Of a stretch of 64,000 nucleotides of DNA, positions 23,681-43,200 are shown piece after piece. The stretch covers positions 2,356,001 to 2,420,000 of the forward strand of contig CAJFCJ010000001.1 of assembly GCA_904063045.1 (NCBI GenBank). The letters run 5' to 3'. The position numbers and the translations under genes were made by a program. Within the stretch, counting starts at the first letter, position 1. Each line of letters starts with the position of its first letter. The DNA is from Dimorphilus gyrociliatus (lineage: Eukaryota > Animalia > Annelida). The notes beneath the pieces are model-generated. The model saw nothing but the letters and a program-made list of their open reading frames with translations, did no database searches and had not been told where the DNA came from.

Positions 23681-26600
23681 AAGTTATTTTTGCATGACTT
23701 TCTTATCGCAATCAACCTTTTTAATAATAATATATGAAATTAATACGCTCTACAAAACATATATGCACACAGAAAAGCTTTTGCAAAATAGGATGAGAGG
23801 CAGCCAGTTTATGTAAATGAAAAATTAATCAATATGCAAATCAATACAGTATACTACGCTCTAGAGAACGAATGGATTGAATGACGAAAGCGGATTATCA
23901 GACGTATATATATGCTGCTGACTACCTATAGAATATACCTAAAGGAAGGATAGGGGGAGGGAGTGAGGCGGGAGAAACCGGAAAAGGGAATTTTATATTA
24001 ATATATTATTAGTATATATTGCATATTGAATTTCCATACAACTCAACATTTTGTACATAAGAATCCTTAAGGGAGAAACTATGCCACTAAGAGTATTTGA
24101 AAAATAGATACCTTTTTTTTCCTATTATGGGTTAATGTATTTTTATACGGGTTTGGTTTTTATCTATTTTTAATGAATAACGTTCTTTTATTGGCGATAT
24201 TAATTTATTTTATATAATAAACTTTATTCACTTTGAAATTAAAATTCCATTAATCATTGAGAATATCGACTGCAATATTACAGCCATAAAATAAAGAAAA
24301 AAAAGGCAATTATTCAAAAGTCTATTGGAAAAGGGAAAGGAAAAGAGAGTAAGAATAGATAACTAGCTAGAAAGGAAAATGAGATAATAATTATATTTCT
24401 GACGGTTTCAACGATAGAGAGAGAGAGAGAGAAAAAGATGAGGCGAGTTTAATATTGCTAAAGCCTTTCTAAAGTTTTTAGTATAGATAATATGTATAAT
24501 ATTGATAAAGATATTTCATTTATAATATATTTTTAGACACAATTTTCACACAATAAATGTAAAATATTAATTCAATATTGCATACTAACGAGTGTATATT
24601 CATTGAAGCTACAATTTCCTTTTGTAATGCTAGTATCCATAATTGGCATTCTACATTATTTAAATGTATTCAGTCTGTCAAAGAATCTAGGGATCCTCCG
24701 AGAGAGCTTGAATAGGAAAATTTGTAATATATAGCTCTTCACATCTTTTCTTTTGAAGTTTTCTAGAAATAGATGAAAATTTCTCCACTTTGTTATGCTT
24801 TATAAAAGGGAGAAGAAAGGGAGAGGAGAATACCAGGAGAAAGGAGTATTTTACTTTTAAAATGCCTTTTTCACAAGGATTTAAAGTAACTTTTAAGTAG
24901 GTATAAATAATAATTAGGACAAGAAAATTAAATGTCACGTAACTTTAATCTTATCACGAAAATAATCCATTAGTACCGAGGAAAGAGGCGAATATCTTTT
25001 AAACTTTTATCTCCTCTGGAGGAAGCTTGATTCTTTTATGTTTCATTTAAAGTTTAGGATCCTACTCTCTAAGATCTATCTTTCTATTCTTATTATTTCC
25101 TGCTTTCTCAATAGTCTGTTCCTTTGACATTTTATATTTACATTAATATTTCTATGGAAAAAAACTTAGTTGATTCATACCTCCCCATCTCACTAATAAC
25201 TTTTTCAGATGTTAATTAGTCCGATTTTATTACATTCTTTATTCACTTTCTTCCAATTAATAATATTATTAAGAATAATTAGTTAGTAGTACGTATGATT
25301 TTCTTATTATTTCCTAATTAATTACCTTTTGTGATAGGGAAAGTAATAATTTTTATATAGAAATAATTAACTGGTATTTAAACACGTAGCACATTAGAAA
25401 TAGAGTATTCTACTCATCAGGATAATATATTCAAGGTTAAATGACATATGAATATTAATTTTCCTTTCTATTTCCTCCTTGAGAACTTTCCCACTCCTAC
25501 AACTATCACAAGATTGTTTTCAATTTATGATCCTCCCTCTCACCTTTCTTTTCTTAGTCTATTTAAATATTTCTCTCACACTCTCTTTCACTCTTGCTTT
25601 TATTAAGTTTTCCGAGAAAAACATCAGTTAAACATACAAAATGCACTATTAATAGATATAAAGAGTACTTTAATAAAATAATTATTAACCGTGGATGTTT
25701 TTATAAGGATAAAGAACTATTTACATCACATGAATAAATATATATATATATATAAATGTATATATATATATATATATACATATCAAAGATAATATCATTC
25801 TATAGTGATGATTACTGTGACCTTAATTTAAGAAACTAATTTCTTTATAATGTATATATATACTGCAGATAGCGGTATAAAAATAACATACAGATGTTGT
25901 CTGGTACAGTATCTACAATATATATACAGTAATATATATATGTATATATATATATTGCATTAAACTCATAAAGGCTACTTCCTTATTGATCAACAGTTTT
26001 AATTAACTATAGCTAATCGAACCTTTTGATGGTTGAAATACATAAAACAACAACTGAACAGGAAAGACATATAAATTTTTATAGATTTTTTATCTATAAT
26101 TTGTATTTTATGTATTGTTGATATCAATTAATTTTTAACTATTTCTTTTATCTTCTCTCTTCCCTTCTTCTTTGTGCTTTTATCTTGGATTATTCTATAG
26201 ATTCTTCTCGAATTTAGATCACTTTTAGTAGTCCTATTGGACAGTTTATTCCCCTACATTTTGTTCTAAATATAATCTCTCTATATTAATACATATTTTC
26301 ACTTGTCATGTTTAATAAATACAATGTTTATGTATACAAACTCACTTGTCCCTGTCTCGTGTATTATTGTCAGTCAATTATAGAATATTCCCCTCCCTCA
26401 TTTCAAGACGTCTACGTTCAAACTCAGTTTCTGTATCGTTACGCCCTCTATTGAATAAGAAAGTTTTCCACGTATATTTTTCAAAATTGACGGTAGATGT
26501 AGCTTTAATCAAACAATAACAAAGTTTTATCAAGACTATCATAAAATACATAAAAAATACTAAGGAATAACAGAAATATCGATAAATTATAAAATAAAGG

Positions 26601-26997
26601 TAGATTAAAATATCAATATTAATATTATAAAAATTAAGAATGTAGAATAAATGCATACAAATAATCAAACGGAGATGGAAATAGTTTATTCTAATTATGT
26701 ATAGGTAATTTTAACCATATTCTATTTCTATTAGCCTTATTAGTTTGTATTGCTAGAGTATCCGGTATTTAGAATAAATAAGTAATCGTTATCTAATAAT
26801 GTTGTTGAGACTTAGCATAAAAAGTATTTCTATATTTATCGTTTTTCTTCGGAAATGGCCAAAGAAATTGTATTCACCTGAGAGTAGGCTAAGAATTTAT
26901 AGAGATATACATGTTCTGTTCCTCATTCTCGTCTACTTAGAGAAAGCAGGGGGAAGAGACGTATTGATTCTTGCTATTTAATTAATACATATTTAAT

Positions 26998-27003
<6 letters not shown>

Positions 27004-27041
<38 letters not shown>
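27004..27041. repeat. (AT)n microsatellite
   Basis: Uninterrupted AT dinucleotide run of ~19 units. Confidence 0.95.
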
Positions 27042-27044
<3 letters not shown>

Positions 27045-27604
27045 TATATATAATATATATTATTCATAAAAATCTGTTTGACTATATTTCACCTTTTTAA
27101 CGCTCTTTCACTGTGATTCCATTTTATTAATATTATAGATATATAATATATTGTATAAGTGATGAATATTTGAATATTAAAATGAGAAACGGAAATGGAA
27201 TAGTGGCCAACTTTTGACCTGTAAAGTTTATATGAATAACTTTGTTGAACAACTAAATCAGTATAAACAACATTGTTCACCCCTCCTACTTCTAACGCAG
27301 GTTGTTGTTTTCGCTGTTCAATAATCTATATATATATTTTGATTTTTGTATGTTCAAATAGATAAGATAATTGAATAAATTGTAGTTTTTTTGTTTTTTG
27401 AGGTATACAGGATTTATCTATTTATATATTCTACCATTGGCGGCTTTAAAATAGATCAATAGGCACCGCAATAATCTATACAGTGTATATACAGTGTATA
27501 CATTTGTAAATTCTCTATTTTTTATCCTTGTATTTAATAAATGATTATTTTTCTCATTAAAAGCACTTTTCAGAAGATATTGATGAGATGAGGTAAATAG
27601 ATTA

Positions 27605-30600
27605 ATGGCTGAGGAAAAGAAACGAATAAATAACGGAAGGAGCGAAGAGAATATAACGGCTACTGATGCAACACCGTTCTTTTTAACGTTAGCGGCCGCA
27701 AAATGGAAAAAAGAAACTAAATTATCACTCGAAAAGCACGAAACTATCGGTGAAAATCTGGAGAAATCATTGTTCGACAGTCTGAATTTAGTTTATTTCG
27801 AAAGAGAAGAGAAACTACACGAAATAAATAGTAGAGATGGTCAAAGGAAACTATTTATTTCTGATAATAATTGGTATACAAACGAAAAAGATAACATAAT
27901 TAATACTTATAAACTTATTTCTGAGTATCGAACACCAAGAAATTTAGCTGAACCGGAAGCATGCGTTACTGTAAGCAGAAGTTACGATCCAATTGAACAA
28001 ACATTACAAAAGTCAGTTATTCAATTCCTAAAATATATATTTAATGAGAATACTTGGATATTGACTTATGGCCGAGATACACCGGGTTATATTTCTGAGG
28101 TATTTGGAAAATTATACAAAGATAATAATAAGATATTTCTTCTTGGAATAACTGAAGATATTGAGGTAAATAAAATATCAAACGTATTCAAAAGTATTGA
28201 TCTTAACAGATAATTTATAAATAGAAAAGCAGTACAGTAGGTTGTTATAAAAAAAAGGTTAAATAATCAATTTTTAGCTACTAAAAAACGTTTTTTATTA
28301 ACCCAACTAAAAACCAATTGACTATATATTAATTATAATTAACTAATACTAATTATTAATTACATTAATTAGATAGAAGAGAAATGGAAAGCAATTTCCG
28401 GTAGACAATACAATCTACAACCGCAACATACAACATATATTAACTTTCCGAATGAGAAACAGTCGGATCGTTTTAGAAGATTACTCGAAGAGGAAATTGT
28501 TCGTAATATAAGGGAAAAGGATTCCAATCAGACGGAGAATGATTCTATTAAGGACGATAATGAGATTAATATTAGAACTCAAGTTTATAAATACGTCTAT
28601 CTCTTAATCGGCGGAGACGAAACAACCTATTCACAATTAAAGAATTGGTACACAGTATCTTGTAAAGTACGTAGTTCGAGAAATGTTGTAATGATCGTGA
28701 AAGACAGCGGTGATATTGCAAATCTCCTAATAGAGGCATTAAGAATTGTTGATAAGGTACGAAGTTACGAGGACTACCAAAGAATATTAAGAAAATATGA
28801 ATTCCTTTACGAGTTTGATAGTGAAGAAGCGTTTGAAATGCTTATGGATATAAAAAAAAGGCAAAGTTTTCTTGAAATTAGCGAGGAAAAGTGCTTTGAA
28901 TCAAACGAGATTATCTCAAAAATAAACGCTTTACAAGAGTGCTTAGACGTCGATCTATCTCCAAATAATCTACTTTACGGAATTATGGATCAACCGGATA
29001 ATACTTCCGACATTTTTACAGTCTTAAAGGTTATATACGATCATCTGTACAAATTAATTTGCTGCGAACATTTATGGAAACTATATCAGAAAATATTCAC
29101 CATAGATAGTACTGGTACAGCAAAGCTACTGTGCTATCTATGCGAAGAAAAGTCGTCGCTTCACATTTCTACTTCGGAAACGTCTCTCTCGTCTGTAAGC
29201 GAAAATAGCAAATCTACTCCCCACCTAGATAGGATTAACAGACAAAGAGCTTCTTATGTAACAACTGAACTAATTGGCGACGACTGTTATATACATTATG
29301 ATCCTACTACACCCGCAAAGTTTAGCCGCGAAGATAAGATAAGCTTAATAAAAGATATTTGGGAAAGTAGGAACTTTGAGCATGCAAGATATACAATGAA
29401 AAATGAGCGATATGTTTGGGACTTGTTAATCTATTCTATATTATCTAATAATAAGATATTAACTAATGAGCTTTTAGAACACACTAATAGCATAGCAGCA
29501 TGCCTATTTGCCCTAGTTATATTTAAAAGACTGTCAGACAGAGCGGAACTAATATCTGAAGTAGGCTTACAAAACGAACTAAAAGAGAGTAGTGAATATT
29601 TTGAGAAATTAGCATCAGAAATATTAAAGGATTTATACAACAAAGATAGGAAAACTGCTTATGGTATATTGCAATCCTACGTCCCTATTGATAAAGCAAA
29701 GAATGTTCAAGTATTAGATATTGCAGTAAATACAGAAGCTAAATCTTTCCTATCAGGATCTTGCGTCCAAACTTACACCGACCTTGTTTGGAGAGCTGGT
29801 ATGATAAACAATTGGAAATACCGTTTATTCATTCTACCAGGTTTTATTTTATTCTCACCTCTTGCCCTACTATTTGGATTGATAAGCTTTTCAAATTTAC
29901 AAAAACTGGAAGATGATGATGATGATAGTGAAAATAAAGATTCAACTTTTAAACAGATAAAAAATAGTAATTTTATCGCATTCTTTCGCTCACCGGTGGT
30001 TAAATATTCATTTAAATTGACAATATACCTGTTTTTTCTGGGATTATTCAGTTATTTTATCCTAACAAAATTGACTCCGTACAAGACGAAAGATGCAGAC
30101 GATATGACGATCTACGAACTTTTAATTATCATATGGGTAATCGGATTATTTTTTGATGAGTGTCGACAAATATTCCTTATTTGGTTGGAATATCGTCCTT
30201 TTGCATCGCAAGAGCGGAAAGGTTGTTTAAAAACGATATTTAATGTATTTTCGAAATATTTTCGAGGAGGTTGGGAAGTTTTGGATTTTACAAAGATATT
30301 ACTTTTCTTTTGTTCCGTGGCTCTTAGATGGCGAGTTGAAGAAGATAATTTCGTTGTTGCTCGAATATTTTTTGGAATAACGTTAATTCTTTTCTATTTG
30401 AGATTGTTAAAGTTTGCTTACGTATTCGAAGCTTTGGGCCCAAGGATTCTTATAATTTTTATGATGACAAGAGATCTTATTCAATTCCTTTTTATAGCCT
30501 TTATCTTCTTATTTAGTTTTGGAATTTCTTATCAAGCAATTCTGGGCCAATGGGTCGATACGGATGTATCATTCTACAACGTTAGTACCGCTATAATAGC

Positions 30601-31489
30601 ACCTCAATTTTGGAGAATTTTCGGAGAATTACAATTAAAAACCATTGATAAAGATAAACAATCTTCAGATGTTTTTAGGTGGTTTCTACCCGCCTATGTT
30701 GGAATATACTTAATAGCTATGAACATTCTACTATTGAATCTACTTATTGCAATATTTACTAATTCCTTTGAACAAGTCAGAAGTGAATCAAAACAAGTTT
30801 GGGGTGCTCAGAAAGTTAGTTCAACGAGAGAGTATAACCTCACTCCCCTCTTTCCATCCCCTATTAATATTATTACAATCATTCTTGAGATAATATTTAA
30901 AATACTTATAAAATGTTTAATATGCTGCTTTGGCGACGGTCAACCTGAAAGGGGTGCAAGCTTAAGAAGAGAATTTTTATCAAAGAGGGCAAGGCTTCAG
31001 ATGTCACTAAAAGACGCTGTCATTTCCGCTCAACCTAAAAGCTTGGAGAATGACGAAAAGAATGTTTTAGAATTTTTATCAGATCTTTCAGTTGACGTTG
31101 CTCAAATGAAAAAGTCGTTTACAGCGTCTTCTGTCAAAAATGACAATATACACGATTTGAGAAGTGAAATAGAAGAAATAAAGAAACTAATGCGCGACCT
31201 AAAGAGAACATCGAAGATTAATAACAATAATAGTAGAGAAAACTTAGTAAGTACAGTAGTGATGGATACTGGTCTAAGAAGAAGAAATACTGGAGAAATT
31301 CAAGAAACAGCAATAAAGAAGGAATTGGCACCAAAAACTTCAGCAGCACAAAAATATTCGGATAGTCCAATAAGTAATGTAAGTCAGACATTCTATAGAA
31401 AACTTTCCGATGTTAATGTAAAGGTCGAAGGTGAAAAAAAGGAAAAGGACGACGGTGCAACTATTGAAATAGAAAGCCAATGGTTGTAA
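27605..31489 (+). CDS. Divergent TRPM-like cation channel; exons 27605-28165 and 28373-31489, ~1225 aa
   Basis: SLOG/MHR-like motifs (WILTYG, LIGGDETT, IVKDSGDIANLL); FFRSPVVKY; S1-S6; pore FWRIFGEL; LLLNLLIAIF and TRP box WGAQK; C-terminal coiled coil. A phase-0 intron joins the ORFs. No kinase or NUDT9H domain. Confidence 0.88.
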
Positions 31490-32369
31490 AATGGAACATT
31501 ACAATATATGTAAAAAAAAAACGAAAAAATAAGAAAAAGATGCCAATAAAATATTTAAAAAATGCTTGAATAGGTCAAAAAGTAGTTTGTATAATCAATA
31601 AATTATTTTTTATACCATTTTTCATACTGGAAAAGAATGTTTTTATTTGTTTGTTTACTTTTTGATTGATTTTGTACTGAAAGATATTTATATATTAGAT
31701 ATATAAATAGATGTAGTTTTTTCTTAAAATACATATTGATTATTGTACTCAGGAATGTTGTTAAGTAATATTTTTAACATTTCTCTTAAATTTTTGTGGT
31801 AATCGTGTGTATAATACTTCCGTTCCAGATTACGGATGAGTAATGCTACTTTTTGTATTTAAGCTACTGTTTATGCTCTCTCTATTGATGAATGCTTAAT
31901 TAGTCATCTCTTATACTAAAAATTTAAGAACAAAAATTTTTCTTTGTTCTTTTCTTAATGCTTTTTAATCTTTTACAAAAAGGCAGAGGTTGGAGGACCG
32001 CTTTTTGTATTTAAATTTAGCGGTGGGAGAATATACCGTTTCGGCCATCTTGCGGCTGATGGAATAGATTGAATTTCACAAATTTGATTATAACACTTCT
32101 CTATGTAATTTACTACGCATATATTAATGAATTATTTACATTTCTATTGAACTTTATTAATTTATAGTACAAACTATTCGTCTTTAATTATAATAGTGTC
32201 GTGGATTTTTTGTTTTTAAAAGTGCCATCTATCGGATACTTTGAAAAACCCGGTAACCGCCACCGTGCTTCACATTAACCGGTTTGTTTGAATAGCGACA
32301 ACAATGAGCAATAATATCTAAATTTCTCCCAAGTGAAAAAACATATACAATTGATCAGATTTTAAGAAA

Positions 32370-38375
<6,006 letters not shown>

Positions 38376-38788
38376 AATTTGAAGAAATGGGATTAAAAGA
38401 AAACTTAATATATTTATTTTCCCTTACCGCTGTACCTTAACCGCTTATTTATGTGCTTCTTTTTTTCTTTAACGTACGTTTTACACATCATTTTAGAGAC
38501 TTGCGTGAAGATAACTAAGTGCTTTTATAGAAATATGTATATATATACAGTATATATTAATATATATATATATATTTATATGTATATACAATTCAAACAG
38601 AGTTGTCATGGAGAAGGAGTTTGAAGAAAACCAAAAAAAGAAAATTCTCATTCATTATATCATAAAATATTTATAATAAAGACAGAGTAACTAGACTTTT
38701 GTACATAATGAAACATCCAACTTGTATCTAAATTTTATATAAACTATATATTACTGTTGAAAAAGATTTCATAATTTTTTTCATCACA

Positions 38789-38790
<2 letters not shown>

Positions 38791-38826
<36 letters not shown>
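38791..38826. repeat. (TC)n microsatellite
   Basis: Uninterrupted TC run of ~18 units downstream of CYFIP. Confidence 0.95.
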
Positions 38827-38833
<7 letters not shown>

Positions 38834-40232
38834 TTCAATTTTCATTCTCTTTTCTTTGCAGTATTAATTGTACGCTTTATAATATTAATAAGAATGATGA
38901 TGATAATAGACTTTATACATTTGTACAAGTGTAGATTGTTCTACTTTTACTCATTTTATTTTTTTTCTTTGGAAAAGAACTCAATAAAAAATAGTAATCA
39001 TTAATAGAGGAAACATAGCTATAATACATATAGGCCAAATTTAGTGAAAAGTATACGACATTTGTATTATTGACGGAGGTGGTTAGGAGGCCAATATTGG
39101 CCATAATCGATATAGTAAAACTTTGACACGGAAGTTTAAGCAGACGGGAGAAAAAAGAGAAAGTCTGGTAAGTTTACAGTATTTAAAGAATTATTAGGAT
39201 TTATTCTAATATCTAATTTAAATATTTATAATATTAGCAAACTTTATAAATATCTTGGACGATTATTATAATAAATAAGACTATAATTGCGGAATATGCA
39301 TCATATATTTCATTCCTTATCTTATTAATAGCTTGTATATTATAAAGCAAGAGAACAGCCTAAAACTACTTATTCCTATCTTAATCTCTTTCGGTCCATG
39401 TAAATATATATATATATATAAATTCATGTCATGAGCGTGTTATTATTCGATCTTACCATCGTTTTTTTTAATAATATTCTATAAGCTTTCATACATATGA
39501 TATACACAAAAAGATAAATAAACTAATTGTGCATTCAGTATTTATATATGCATTAGTTATCTATTAAATATTTCTATCTGACTGGAAAATCAGTAATAAA
39601 GAATATTTATTTACCTACAAAACTCTATTAATTACCAACTGGATGATTCATTATAAAATATTCCAGACATTGAATTAACATTCTCAACGTAATATCATTT
39701 ACTTTCTCTCTTTAGTTTTCTTTTTTAAATACGATAAATATATAGATTTCCCTTTAAATTATTATATTAATTAATTGATTTATTAATTAACTCTTTATTA
39801 CTGAATGATGGGAATAGAATGAACAAAAAAAAAGAACCTACCCATAAAAAAAAGAACATTTAACTTTTGTTTTTATACATTTTGGCGGTTAAAACGATAT
39901 GATAAGACACTTGAGTAGATTTAATACAATTATATCATTTGCATATTTAAATTTACTAGTATGTTATTATGTTTGGGTATTCATTTTAATCTTTGTAATA
40001 TCTATTTTTAATCTGTCATAGTATTAAAGAAATCGATTAAGATTTAACGTATGCTTTATATATATATATATATATATATATTTGTTAGTTTTCGTACGAT
40101 AGGCAACATTTTCAATATGTATTAAATAAAAATTTGTATGTTCTACGAAAGTAACAACACCTGATCTTTATGTTCTAGTTTTTATTACTTTTATCACTTT
40201 GATCTGATATTTATAGTTAAATTAAATAGACA

Positions 40233-43200
40233 ATGAATATCCCACCTCCACCTCCGCCACCTCCACTTCCCGGTCAACAACTTACAAAGAACAAACCTGG
40301 ACAAATTCCATCAGCTCCTTCGCCATCGTCTACCTCGACTCTTGGCTATTCACCAACTCGTGCTGCTCCACAACCACCAGCTTCCCCTATGACTGCTGGT
40401 ATACCTGGACCTCCAGCCCCTCCCCCACCTCCTCCCCCGATGGATGCTTCTGCCCCGATTCAAAATCCTTCTCCTCCCCCTCCCCCAAATCTTCCACCTC
40501 CTGCAAGTTCTCCTCATCTTCCACCTACTCCAATATCCTCTCCTTCCTTTGCTGCCAATTCGCCAAGAATGATGAGCGCCTCTCAATCTGTTCCGAGATG
40601 TTCACTACCGCCTCCACCGCCTCCCCCACTATCCACCCTTCCTCATTCGCCTCCACCGAATATTCATTCTGTTCCATCGTCGTCACCTTCCGGTGGTGAT
40701 GCAAACAATAACGCTTTCGAATCGCCACCTATTTATCAGTCGATATCTGTGACAAGTACGCAAGATACGCTGGACGATTCTTTCGACGACGAAATCGAAC
40801 CAGCTAAAGAAGGAGCACAAGATGATCTACGTAAGAATATGGATTTACTAGATATTCTCCTAAGTTCAATTCTCCTAAATACGGACGGCAGTCCAAAATT
40901 TCAAACGGATATACAATCGACTTTGTCGGAAATCATTTATTACTTGGATAGTGGTACAGCCGACGAATGGAATGCAAAGCTATACATTTCTGATGAAAAA
41001 GAATATAATATGTTAACAATGGAAATAGTAAGTTAATTAATTAATTAATTATTTAAAAATCTCAGATTATCTCTCTTTTTTTTCTTTATTTATAGAAATT
41101 TATAACGGAAATGGTATGTAATATTAACATAGTAATAATATTATATAATAATAACAAAATAGCGTATGTTTAAATATAAAAAAGGGATACTTCCCTTCTA
41201 GTCCCTTCCCTTCTCTTCCCTCCCTTTATTGTATAAAATAGTATAATAGGGTCTGCTTTAAAAAATCTATTTTTATATAAATTATCGTTCAAAAGAAAAT
41301 CCTCTTGGAAGAAGGTGAAAGGCAAGCTTCAATGCTGTATACGTGGAGACCGTTATCAAAGGCAATTCCTAAAGTTTGTTGATAGTTTGTTTTATATAGA
41401 TTACAATCTAATTTATGTGTATTTACAACCGTTTATAGTTTACTTCCGGCGGTACGGGAGAGAGTAGTGAATTGTACAATTGCTGCTTAGAAGTTATGGA
41501 ACCTTATATAAATAAACTGCAAAAATTTAGAGATTTTGTAGTAAGTTTTCATCTTTAACGAAGGAAAATAAAAGAAAACATGTTTTTTTTTCTTTTTTTT
41601 TTTAAAAAAAAACAGATGAACGCCGTATCGAGATTCATTGAGATAATTGAGAAAATTCTACTTCAAAATACATTTGTTACTCAAAGCCTTAGAATACAAA
41701 TAGCGAAAACAGTGAATCTATTCGCTGTATTAGACGAGCTAATTAATTCAAAGACGAGCATCCTAAATGATTATACATTTTATAAGAGAGTTAAACAGAA
41801 TTTACACGGTACTGGAAGTAGTCAACAAGCTCTACCCGATGTTCATAATTTGGGAATATTCTTAGCTACTAAAAATCGTATATTTACAAAATTGAAAGAA
41901 GTTATTGATCATAAAAAATTAAAAGGATTCGAAGATTTCTTCTGCGATATAATAAACGAATGCTTATCATTATATTTTAATAAGCAATATTTTTCACCGT
42001 CTGATAAGCATGTATTAATTAAATTTGTTGCTTTTGGATTGTTTCTTATCGATTCGCAATTTGTCGACGCTACCAAATTGGATAAATTAAAGAAATTAAA
42101 TATTTCAAAGATTGATAAAGCATTCAAGAATGTTGAAACTTTACCATTGTATGGCGATATGGTTATTTCACCATTTCAATATGTTAGTATGACTAAACAT
42201 TTTGATCCGTCTAAGTGGACGCTCTGTATGAGCGAAGAGAGAAATCTTCAGGGTAATATCTCTAAAAGATCGGCGAACGTTCAGAGTGAAATGAATAATT
42301 TCATAACGAAACTTCGATATTTCGAAATAGAGAATAAAGGTATTGTGACAAAAAATAACTGTCAGAGGTTATATAAATTAGCAATCGAAGGATTACAATT
42401 ACTCTCTTCGTGGACGGCTTTGGTTACCGAAGTATTTTCTTGGAAACTTCACAAGCCGGCCGATTATACAGAAGAAATGAATAAAGCCCTCTCGTCCTGT
42501 CCGGATGAAAAGGAGAGAGATAGAATTCGAGTTCTTTTCGAAGAGACAAAGATTTACGAATACGCAACGAAACATAACTACGACGACGAAGAGAAGATTG
42601 CCCTTATTACTGTTATTGCTTCTATAAAGACCGTTCAAAAAGAGATGAAAGCGTATTCAAAAACTCTGTCGGAAGGTATTCGAAAGTCTATATACTATAG
42701 AACTCAGAAATTGATTAAGGAAGATCTTCGTGATACTCTAAGGAAAGCTGTAAAAAATGGAAAAGAAAAACTAAGAAATCTTCTTGTTTTTAGCCGAGAA
42801 ACAATTGGCCATTGGCCTCCAAATTACAATCCTAATTCAGATCCAATTTTACAAGGGAAAAAGATGAAAGACTTAGATTTATCAACAAACTCCGATACTT
42901 GCCAAACTACTGAACAAACTCATTTATTGCGAACTATACTTGAATATATTATTTCAAGTAATCCAACTGGTGTATTTGCTAAAAAGAACTTGGAGAAAGA
43001 TACTAGTTTGGCTATAGAGGATTTCCTGAGCGAATCTTTTCTTTGGGAGCAATTATTGAATTTTGATAGAACTTTAAAAAATTGTTGTGACCTTTCTCAG
43101 TTGTGGTTCAGAGAGTTTTTTATTGAGTTGGCTAAAGGCGAAAGAGTTCAATTCGAAGCCGAAAGCTCTATGCCTTTCATTCTAATTGATTTCCTTGTTG

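Noticed and set aside
24687-27280. Scattered ORFs between the IR and TRPM genes, including a protein-like tail KYTWKTFLFNRGRNDTETEFERRRLEMREGNIL (26378-26500, minus)
   Set aside because: Could not be chained into a phase-consistent gene or matched to a family; left unresolved as probable intergenic DNA.
40350-40728. Arg/Gly/Trp-rich minus-strand ORFs
   Set aside because: Antisense of the polyproline (CCN-rich) exon.
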